A stretch of 64,000 nt of DNA. It comes from Candidatus Omnitrophota bacterium. Its GTDB lineage: Bacteria > Omnitrophota > Gorgyraeia > Zapsychrales > Zapsychraceae. The first letter of the stretch is position 1. Every line of letters starts with the position of its first letter. The notes under the pieces are model-generated. The model worked only from the letters and a program-made list of their open reading frames with translations, searched no databases and was not told where the DNA came from. The stretch is taken from positions 880 through 64,879 of the forward strand of contig JAGOSC010000005.1 in assembly GCA_018062515.1 (NCBI GenBank), written 5' to 3'. The position numbers and the translations under genes were made by a program. Below are positions 28,001 to 35,141 of the stretch, in pieces.

Positions 28001-29941
28001 GGGGCCACTCAAGTGATTAATCGAACTGAACTTCCTAAAATTTTGGGATACAGTGATGCTGAAATTTGGGGTGAACTCTCTAACAATCCCCAAAAGCAGC
28101 AAAAACAAATTGAAATGTTAAATAAGTTCAGAGAATATTTTCTTTCTCTAACGGGTGGTGAATTAGCCGATGCCGTTGCGGAACAAATCGGCCAAACAAC
28201 TTATCCAATTAGTCAATATTTAGCTAAAGATTCCGGAAAAGTCACTCATTTTGCCGGAACATTTGGTTTCAAATTTACCTTTATGGGAAAAGATTTACCG
28301 TTGGATGAGAATACAAAAAAGCAAAAAACGCCACTTCAAATGTTAGAAGAAGCTGGTGTACGCGACGCTAAACGAGTGCTGATATATGGTGCTGATCAAC
28401 TTTCTAAAGAAATTTTTGAGGAAGTTAAAAAATACAGCACTAATATTGCTTTCATCGTTAAAAGCCAAGAAGAACAAAATACAGTCGAAAACTGGGATTT
28501 AGAAAAGACATATATCAAAGGTATTGTAGATTTAAATCCGATTTCTTTTCCTGAAGATATGCCTACACCTCCTCATCCAGACATCCCGGCAGATAAACAG
28601 GCAAAAAATCTTGAAGAATTTAATGAGTATCGTATCAAAGTACTGGATCCAATCCGAGGATCGGTTGTAAAAGCTTTAGGCGGTCAGCCCGACTTAATTG
28701 TTGAAAGAGCGGGGAACAAAAATACTTTGGATATCAGCGTATTTGTCGTGCGTCCTCATGGCGTCGTAACATATGTTGAATCAACAAAAGGAAAACGTTT
28801 AGTCTTTGATGCCCGATTTATTTGGATGTTCCAAAAGCAAATTTATCCTTGGGTTCTTGGGACTCATTATGCGAACCACACACAAACCAAGGAATTAAAT
28901 GATTTAGTTTTAAAAGGCATCATAAGCGTACCTGAACCCGAAGTATTTTCTTGGGATGAATTACCCTTAGCCCAGCAGAAAATGTATGAAAATAAATTAA
29001 TCGCAACCAAAGCGTCTGTTCTTATCGGAGCTGTTAAACCAGGACTGAAAGGTCTGCCCGAAGAAACTGCGGCAGAACTGCCCATAAAAAACGAAGAGGG
29101 ATTGCTTCCGGCTTTCATGATTACCTCAAAAATCATAGAACCCACCATTTCTGATAATCAAATCAATCTTTATAAGAATCCGGCCATTGATCTATCTGAG
29201 AAATTCGCAATATTAGCTGCTAAATCAAAATTTAAAGACCCAAATAGCGCCCTAGGAATGTATGCCTTGGAAACAAAGGCATTTATACCTGCCATTGTTG
29301 AAAAAGTTTTCGGGAACACGGCGGAATTAGGGGAATTTAAATTAAAGGGGTTTACATCATTTGCTCCTAGCGGATTAGATGCTAATGATCAAATTCGAAC
29401 GACATTGCAAGTAAGCCGCAATTTTAAGATCGACGGGGATGATGTATACCTTAATGCCCGTATATCTTTGGATAAATTTTTTGTCGATTCCGGAAAATGG
29501 AAAGAGTTGTTGGTCGGAAATCAAATACTAAAAATGCCAATTAACGACTTAAACTCTTTAGGTTTTTACTTACCGTCTGAAAAAATTGACTCCGCTTTGA
29601 TTGGAGAAAAAAACGATGTTAGCCTGAATAATAATATCGCTGAATCCAAAAAAGAATACGGCGGTATTGACTTTAATTCAAAATTTTTGAATCTTCAGAT
29701 CAAGCGTGATGGACGAGGAATTCCATTGCCGGTGAATCAGCAGCCATTGATGAACATTCACATCAATGGATTTTATCCGGTTCTCATTGAAACAATGCCG
29801 ATTAATTTACCATTGATTCTCGGTTTAGAGACGGAAGAAGAAGATTCGAATTCAAGAACTCAACAAAGTTCACTTGATCCTTTGCATAAACAAGAAGACA
29901 TACGTATCGAAGATTTAGAAACAGCCAGCATACTAAACTAA
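22019..29941 (+). CDS. giant secreted mosaic protein A (2640 aa): signal peptide + shared N-module + CitE-like lyase + MaoC double-hotdog + crotonyl-CoA carboxylase/reductase-like MDR + shared C-module
   Basis: RBS GAGAGGAAA. Signal peptide ...SILPPQVSA|QS. N-module 22127-23085. CitE signature ILLLDLEDAV at ~24445. Hotdog VAHGLLTV at ~26545. CCR-like VLVQVMAGGLNFNGTWALQG at ~27430 with Rossmann LIWGASTGVGAFNVQIAKYLGA. C-module YGGIDFNSKFLNLQIKRDGRGIPLPVNQQP at 29655-29941. Confidence 0.85.
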   Translation: MMIFKRNKRNLTRKITSTFVLFSFIFSSILPPQVSAQSVFHLPIPGTLFNVTNTFNPFIIQGLTVDPQNPLHFSFIIDTGDTQTNDPDAFRLESTKLVKYFLASLTVPEDQMWVNLSPYEGNRIISDTFGQTEMGRDLLAQDYILKQMSASLTYSEEELGEKFWHRVHQRAKKEYGVKDIPLNTFNKVWIIPQKATVYEHDGSAYVVNSRLKVMMEEDYLALNKNIGEQAFGMNNVKQDEAESTSKVTSAIIKEIIIPELEKEVNEGSHFANLRQIYQSMILATWYKVNLKESLLGKVYIDQNKVQGIDLNDKNANQKIYEQYLAAFKKGVYNYIKEDYDSATHKSTPRQYFAGGFVPKTEDNATLAELITREKTTRLAATDQAALTPKGNQIRADFALLEDLTDEDAPKVQKPIEKIEDAQIAVDPNWVEDYLENLFPENSFPKPVKQEPVIISKERKELEDELIANRSQFSGSRINRNIKEKTGLDVPEDTVDYFVEHSGTLPGLNHRADRSQVIGQLIRNHRPYEISKLFALSESKNFERKYYPAWIQALSKIFTFLKDKNSTINTELTVQVNLDGILLIKDGSGEELKAFQKLDQLHTEKASVGALALQIVKLLTHDYDGLELTNTKELSDDLVSIFNIFGIKPTVINDAWMQTVLGYGDSSLNLQALKEGVEVTEADVDTYLFRLDTEKSLARQAGETVYLSTRSEAVAEMIKENKYDSALLASIDEKALTPEILTAFGGNVTAAQTVVAERLEAMRVADPNATVEQAVARLAWEYKPRDIQNVFPGDNWKFMFLAAKAGMKAPILLLDLEDAVATTRKEIARGVIVQLIRAFKGEGLTQDEFDFLQKNALQADDEKYPMTSFFTQSLVDGKTVYTLNPENQFHKDQMVLFRPNNLRTKWSAGDYSQVFRKVGHLVDGIYMPKVEGPEDIKIGASILRAIQKEQNWVVGRHKIFVLTELPGAVLTAENILKIAPEVEEVQLGVVDYTAATGGKNQVQIEQFPFMRYALLRLVEAANNIGKSAGLGITVQFTPEATAEDTVKAINIGLHRKWSVHPAHLKGMESFIGKFPKIVRKDIQYDELQGFDLVQLDQYASESRPILAPKVLTPKDVVLSRAVVTVSSGNIDGLKKALDSNADTIILDFGKKENLSEIKKILVQAKTTKSILVVDELDSLQSIKQIVTELNGYFQGFNLNNIQNASTVRDVDGLLSEAESDLGLNAGSLKIAVSFNDPQVVEEQSRYLGTDPAKALLYSSQRLSWAILNLPTMPTEDLDDPETRGYNYYHSLFIAMTAHAEVDSIDGYSADENLTEQVATSAIWGFQGKLANLNQVDEITEAMSPQRAGIMPEFSTPEERKAWLATAEGKIYVARWKNSLERDLELMDLYAEADQERQLGAVGYKDPLTGAIEIVDAASARIPFRQLEKALKTNQLTDTEKVRYAKSREKLLLAMRPGGREGSGEKVFAGQKITAPAIVMRPWMVNAFAKDGDQNRYHLDEAYANASKFKGLVAHGLLTVTKALSSLKAQLPAYKIEEVDDAKFLAPVRFNDTITPVIDVTSVDNEKANVKISVINQDGKTVSEIKVLLIESTDSQIIPKINNDSLKSAEKVPASIPAVIYDFTDPQSPREQTFKQEITSSYLENVQGSNLITSRDLLSQLAAFKMMAGTSANAVPGHILLNATNVKFGAEIHLGDVLTAKATVPAADQIKLTKDNLPKVPVTIEITNQNGEMVLKGQVLKLMEPGKDRAMLAKKPYLLPRGKIVTSPDELPTHMEAYVVRRGEHGDPIDAFKKSIQPVPDVGDYEVLVQVMAGGLNFNGTWALQGLPISPFTYPLNKFHDEQRLGSDASGIVVAVGKHVTQYKIGDQVVMATGEDDRAEKDPDHGDTMQKRTFVITGYETPDGTFGQFVALDERQVHPKEANMTWEQAASYHLVADTAWRDMKYKLGVKKGDTVLIWGASTGVGAFNVQIAKYLGAKNIVAVVSSASRAEQARKFGATQVINRTELPKILGYSDAEIWGELSNNPQKQQKQIEMLNKFREYFLSLTGGELADAVAEQIGQTTYPISQYLAKDSGKVTHFAGTFGFKFTFMGKDLPLDENTKKQKTPLQMLEEAGVRDAKRVLIYGADQLSKEIFEEVKKYSTNIAFIVKSQEEQNTVENWDLEKTYIKGIVDLNPISFPEDMPTPPHPDIPADKQAKNLEEFNEYRIKVLDPIRGSVVKALGGQPDLIVERAGNKNTLDISVFVVRPHGVVTYVESTKGKRLVFDARFIWMFQKQIYPWVLGTHYANHTQTKELNDLVLKGIISVPEPEVFSWDELPLAQQKMYENKLIATKASVLIGAVKPGLKGLPEETAAELPIKNEEGLLPAFMITSKIIEPTISDNQINLYKNPAIDLSEKFAILAAKSKFKDPNSALGMYALETKAFIPAIVEKVFGNTAELGEFKLKGFTSFAPSGLDANDQIRTTLQVSRNFKIDGDDVYLNARISLDKFFVDSGKWKELLVGNQILKMPINDLNSLGFYLPSEKIDSALIGEKNDVSLNNNIAESKKEYGGIDFNSKFLNLQIKRDGRGIPLPVNQQPLMNIHINGFYPVLIETMPINLPLILGLETEEEDSNSRTQQSSLDPLHKQEDIRIEDLETASILN

Positions 29942-29957
29942 TAAGGGACGCAGCTAA

Positions 29958-32900
29958 GTGATTAATCAATTTAAGAAGTTTCAGCCACGATTTGCTTATA
30001 AATTATTCTGTGCGGTCATCAATGTTGCGTTTATTTCAACTTCGGTTCTCCCACCGAGTTATGCTCAGGTTTTACCAACCGCATTTGCATTACCGCAACC
30101 CGGGGCAATGGTTAACCTAACGGAGAAGTTTATGCCGGTCATCGTGCGCGGCATAACCATTCATCCTGAAAATCCGCTTATGTTTGATTTTATGGTGGAT
30201 CAAGGCGACACAACTCTTGATGCGACCGCCCTCAAAAACGAATCGTTAAAACTAATTAAATACTTTCTCGCTTCCTTGACCATTCCAGAAAAGGAAATGT
30301 GGGTCAATCTTTCTCCGACGGAAAAAGATAGAATTATTCCTGATTCGTTTGGAGAAACCGAAATGGGACGGGATCTCTTAGCCCAAGATTATGTTCTCAA
30401 ACAGTTGACGGCCTCTTTGATGTATCCGGAAAAAGAATTAGGCCAAAAATTCTGGCAGCGCGTCCGTGAACGGGCGAAATCCGAATATGGTCTAACAGAT
30501 ATTCCGATGGATACATTTAATAAGGTATGGATTGTGCCTAAATCAGCGGTTGTTTTTGAAGGTAAAAATTCTGCCTTTGTCGTTGAGAGTGAGTTGGACG
30601 TCATGCTTGAAGAAGAGTATTCCCAGTTAGATGGTGTCATCCAGGCTCAAGGTTCCTCGTCGATAAAAAGTAGTTCAGCAAAAGAAATTATTAAAGAAGT
30701 CATTTTACCGGAAATCAAAAAAGAAGTTAACACGGGAGAGACTTTTGCGAATTTGCGTCAGATTTATAATTCCATGATCTTGGCTTCCTGGTATAAAGAT
30801 AATTTAAAAAAGAGTCTTTTAGGACAAGTATACGTCGATCAGAATAAAATACGCGGCATTGATGTTGAGGATAAAAATGTCAAACTAAAGATTTACGACC
30901 AATATATGAAGGCCTTTAAAAAAGGTGTTTACAACTATATAAGAGAAGATTATGACTCAGCATCTAAGAAAATGGTTCCGAGAAGATATTTTTCCGGTGG
31001 GGAAACATTTACAAATTTAAAAATCACTCGCCAGGATATAGATGATTCCGGGATGCTAAGCGCTTCACAAAAAGATGCAATGAATCCGGGTAATACCGAC
31101 GTCATTGTGACAGTAGCGTTAGCTGACTTTGGAAGCAATGTCGATACGACAACTTTAAAACAAGCCGCAAAAGAACTCAATGAAGATCAATCCATGGTTG
31201 GCGAAAATCCTGAGAATAAAAAGGGAATAACCGGAGGATTTTTAACGGACGGCAATTTGGTTGTATATGATAATCCTAAAATTGTCCTTTATCCGGAAAA
31301 TGTTAAAGATCATCCTGATGTCGACACAATGTATCAAATGTTTGAATCCATCTTGGGTCAAAATTCTGAAATTGTACAATCAGTGGGTGAAAGGATTGAC
31401 ACGAAAGAAATTCACGTCGAAGAACCATATGAAGTTACCGTTAACGGGAAAAATGAATCACGAGAAAGTTTAATTAAACAATTAGGCGGTTTAGGTCTTT
31501 TAGGCATGTCGGTACCGGCTGAATATCGAACCGTTGAACTCGGTGGTGATGGTAAAAAGGCCTTCCCTAAAATTGTTAAATCATTGGCGGATAAATGGGC
31601 ATGGTATGGGAACGCGTCTATTGGATCGCTGGTGCGTGTTCATGGCGGCGTGTCTACATTTCCAATTTTAATTTACGGAACGGAAGAACAAAAGAAAAAA
31701 TATTTGCCAAAATTAGCCTCGGGAGAAATGATCGGCGCTTATGCGTTGACGGAATCGAATCATGGGTCTGATACTCTTAATCAGGAAACTGTATTTGATA
31801 CCACCGGGGTTATCGTCGAGCAAGATGGCAAAAAGTATGTAAAAATAAATGGTTCAAAACAATATATTACCAATACACGTTTTGCGGATATTTTCACCGT
31901 GTTTGTGTCTGTCCAAAATCCTGAATGGAATAAGGATCAACCAGACGCAGCCCCACAATGGTTAAAAAGCGTTTTTGTCGTTGAGAAGAAAGATTCCACA
32001 CCGGATACTTTTTCATTTGGACCCGAAATGGAAAAAATTGGGCTTCCCGGATCTGCGACCCAAGAAATATTTTTTAATGATTTACTGATACCGATGGACA
32101 ACCTTTTAGGCAAATTAGGCCAAGGCGATAAAATCGGCATGAGTATTCTTAATTATGGACGATTAGCGATTGGCGCCGGATCTTTAGGCGGAAGCCAACG
32201 TATTCTCGATGAGAGTATACGCTGGATCCTTACTCGTCAGCAATTCGGACATCCCTTGGCCGACTTTAGCGCTGTTCAAACCAATATCGCCGAAATGGAA
32301 GCGAATATTTATGCGATGGAAGCCTTGGTTTATGCCGTCAGCGCGTTATTAGATAACAATGAAGCACCGGGGTTAGAAGCATCAATAGCCAAGGTCTGGG
32401 GGTCCAACACATTTCAGAAAATTGCCCAGATGGGTGTCAATCTGCGTGATGATGAAGGTTTTCTCAAATCAACGCATGTTAACCGCATACTCGGTGATTC
32501 CGTTGTCATGTCTATTTTTGAAGGGGCGAATGAAGTTCTTTCGTCACAGGTCATCGCCGCTTTATCCATGAAATACTTAGACAAAAAAGATAAATTATTA
32601 GGCAGCTGGACAATCCCTCAAGATAGCCCTGTTTACGACGAGAGTTTGCATATAAAACAGGCTGCCGAAACAATTATGCAAGCCAAGGATAAATTGATTA
32701 AAACCTACGGAACGACGTCGGTCTTGCGGGAGCGCGGGAAAGAACATCTTCAAGAATATTTTAATGCATTTGGATTAATGATCGCCGATCTGTACGTATT
32801 AGTGAATACGCTTAATCGAACACATCATTTGCTTTTGTCAAATCCTCAATCACAACATGAAAGGAATTTAGCTAAATTGGTTGTTGAAGAAGGTATTCGT

Positions 32901-35141
32901 CGAATCGAAAGCAATGCCGGGCTCATCTTGACTCAGGATGAAATTAAACTAGTTAATCTGGGTACCGAAAGCCCTGTGGAGCTCAAAATACAAGTAGCAA
33001 AACATATTTTAGAGAATAATAAATTTATGACGTGGACCCCTGCGACAGCCACCGACGAAGAAATAGTGAGTACGGAAGGCGCAAAACCGGTATCAACATT
33101 CCTCTTTAGTGGTCAAAAAGGTGAATACCCGGAATCAGCTTTACCATTTATGGAAGATAATGAGCAGTTTGCTGAAGGCCCGATGTACGAAGGTCTTAAA
33201 GAAATTTTCGCGGATATGGTCGTTTCTAAACAGATTAATAAAAATTTGGATGAAGGCCATTTAAAACTCACGCAGATTTGGGACGAACTGAAAGAATTAG
33301 GCCTTTTTGATCCGGAATACTCTACCATTGTAAAAAATTGGGTGAATCAATTTGCGGCATATGCCAGCCCGTCGCTAGGACTTACTTTAGCCGTTCATAA
33401 CGGCGTAGGTTCTATGCCCATTAAACTTTTTGGAAGTGATGCGCAGAAGGAAAAATATTTACCGCTATTTAACTCTGGTGAAAATATCGCGGCCATGGCC
33501 ATCACGGAAAAAGAGCATAACTCAGATATTTATTCTGACAATACGGTATTAGAAACGACCGCCACGCCCATCACCGACGAGAATGGAACGATTGTTTCTT
33601 ACCAAATCAAGGGTTCAAAAGATTATGTGATTAATGCGAGTGACAACAGCATATATATTATCTTAGCTTCGGTTTTGAATGAATCACAAGGAAAACAAAA
33701 ATCTTTATTTATCGTCGAGCATAACGATACTGGAAAAATTTCGGTCACAGAACAAAAAAATAAAATGGGTTTGAGATCAGCTATGACCGCGGTTGTTGAT
33801 TTTAATATCACCGTTCCGGCAGACCGCATGATCGGTGAGGCGGATCAAAGCGATATGATCAACCAAAACATTCAAGGTTATACGTGGACTGCTTTGGGTT
33901 CCATTTATTTAGGCGCCAGTGACATTGCGTTTAAAGAAACTTTAAAGTACGTAACTCAGCGCAAACAATTTTCCTACAAAAAAGATAATGTTTTAAAAAG
34001 AAAATTCATCGCGGATTTCGGTGCCGTACAAATATCCTTAGCCAACTCAGAAGCCATGTTATACGCCTTGGAATCGATGGTCTATGCTGTCAATGCAGAA
34101 TTTGATAGCGGCCGTAATCCCGTTTTTGAATCAGCTATTTTGAAAGTGATCGGGACAAACACATTCCAGGATATTGCCCGTCAAGGTGTGCAAAAACACG
34201 GCGGCATGGGTTTCGGGCGGGAAACGGAAGTCGCTAAATATTTCGAAGATTCCATCGCACTCGCGCAGATTGGCGGATCAAATAATGTCCTATTAGGTGT
34301 TGTTATCGGCCCCTTGGGATTAACGGCTTTAAAAGAAAATTCCGGCCTGAGCATTTTGGAAAACTGGAATATTCCGGAAGGCCCGTTGACGGATGATGTC
34401 CTTAGAATAAAAGTAGCCGCTAAAACTATTTTGAATATGGTGAGTGAATTTGAAAAACGCGGCATTACGAAAAATAACCCTTCCGCCAGTATATATTTTC
34501 ACCTGCTTGGAGAAATGTTTGTCCAACTCTATGTGATGACCACGACGGTGAACCGCACTCAACATCGTTTAGATAAGGGCATGGATTCTGCGCATGAAAT
34601 TGGTTTAACAAAAACCATTGTCATTGACGGGATACAAAAAATACAAAAATTAGCGCAAGAATTACGTATTTCTGCGCCATCCACGCCATCCCTAAACAGT
34701 GATCAATTGGTGGCCTTGAAAACAGAAATCGCGGAATCAACATTAGAACGCACGACCGATTGGGAAAAACCACAAACAGAAAAAGATATAGCCATGGTGG
34801 CAGAAACCGAAGATCCATACTTGATGAATAAAGCAGATCTCAATACACCGTCGACAAAAGATAAGGTAGGGGGTATTAATTTAGACCGTTCCTTACTGAA
34901 TATGCAAATCCTCCGGGATGAGGGCGGTGTTCCTCTTCCGCTCGACGATCAACCGCTTTTGGAAATGAATATCGAAGGGTTTATTCCGGTGATCATTCAA
35001 ATTACACCGGCTCTAAATGTGCCTTTATTGTTGGGGTTAGCCGGTGAAAAGAAAGATTCAAATTCAAACAGCCAACGCGGTTCGCTAGACCCTTTGCAAA
35101 AAAAAGAGCATATGCTTGTAGAATATGAGGAACGCAGCTAA
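29958..35141 (+). CDS. giant secreted mosaic protein B (1727 aa): signal peptide + shared N-module + two acyl-CoA dehydrogenase units + shared C-module
   Basis: GTG start 16 nt after A. Signal ...VLPPSYA|QV. ACAD signatures GAYALTESNHGSD (~31740) and AAMAITEKEHNSD (~33490), each followed by a ~150-aa helical extension. C-module GGINLDRSLLNMQILRDEGGVPLPLDDQP at 34870-35141. Confidence 0.85.
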   Translation: MINQFKKFQPRFAYKLFCAVINVAFISTSVLPPSYAQVLPTAFALPQPGAMVNLTEKFMPVIVRGITIHPENPLMFDFMVDQGDTTLDATALKNESLKLIKYFLASLTIPEKEMWVNLSPTEKDRIIPDSFGETEMGRDLLAQDYVLKQLTASLMYPEKELGQKFWQRVRERAKSEYGLTDIPMDTFNKVWIVPKSAVVFEGKNSAFVVESELDVMLEEEYSQLDGVIQAQGSSSIKSSSAKEIIKEVILPEIKKEVNTGETFANLRQIYNSMILASWYKDNLKKSLLGQVYVDQNKIRGIDVEDKNVKLKIYDQYMKAFKKGVYNYIREDYDSASKKMVPRRYFSGGETFTNLKITRQDIDDSGMLSASQKDAMNPGNTDVIVTVALADFGSNVDTTTLKQAAKELNEDQSMVGENPENKKGITGGFLTDGNLVVYDNPKIVLYPENVKDHPDVDTMYQMFESILGQNSEIVQSVGERIDTKEIHVEEPYEVTVNGKNESRESLIKQLGGLGLLGMSVPAEYRTVELGGDGKKAFPKIVKSLADKWAWYGNASIGSLVRVHGGVSTFPILIYGTEEQKKKYLPKLASGEMIGAYALTESNHGSDTLNQETVFDTTGVIVEQDGKKYVKINGSKQYITNTRFADIFTVFVSVQNPEWNKDQPDAAPQWLKSVFVVEKKDSTPDTFSFGPEMEKIGLPGSATQEIFFNDLLIPMDNLLGKLGQGDKIGMSILNYGRLAIGAGSLGGSQRILDESIRWILTRQQFGHPLADFSAVQTNIAEMEANIYAMEALVYAVSALLDNNEAPGLEASIAKVWGSNTFQKIAQMGVNLRDDEGFLKSTHVNRILGDSVVMSIFEGANEVLSSQVIAALSMKYLDKKDKLLGSWTIPQDSPVYDESLHIKQAAETIMQAKDKLIKTYGTTSVLRERGKEHLQEYFNAFGLMIADLYVLVNTLNRTHHLLLSNPQSQHERNLAKLVVEEGIRRIESNAGLILTQDEIKLVNLGTESPVELKIQVAKHILENNKFMTWTPATATDEEIVSTEGAKPVSTFLFSGQKGEYPESALPFMEDNEQFAEGPMYEGLKEIFADMVVSKQINKNLDEGHLKLTQIWDELKELGLFDPEYSTIVKNWVNQFAAYASPSLGLTLAVHNGVGSMPIKLFGSDAQKEKYLPLFNSGENIAAMAITEKEHNSDIYSDNTVLETTATPITDENGTIVSYQIKGSKDYVINASDNSIYIILASVLNESQGKQKSLFIVEHNDTGKISVTEQKNKMGLRSAMTAVVDFNITVPADRMIGEADQSDMINQNIQGYTWTALGSIYLGASDIAFKETLKYVTQRKQFSYKKDNVLKRKFIADFGAVQISLANSEAMLYALESMVYAVNAEFDSGRNPVFESAILKVIGTNTFQDIARQGVQKHGGMGFGRETEVAKYFEDSIALAQIGGSNNVLLGVVIGPLGLTALKENSGLSILENWNIPEGPLTDDVLRIKVAAKTILNMVSEFEKRGITKNNPSASIYFHLLGEMFVQLYVMTTTVNRTQHRLDKGMDSAHEIGLTKTIVIDGIQKIQKLAQELRISAPSTPSLNSDQLVALKTEIAESTLERTTDWEKPQTEKDIAMVAETEDPYLMNKADLNTPSTKDKVGGINLDRSLLNMQILRDEGGVPLPLDDQPLLEMNIEGFIPVIIQITPALNVPLLLGLAGEKKDSNSNSQRGSLDPLQKKEHMLVEYEERS

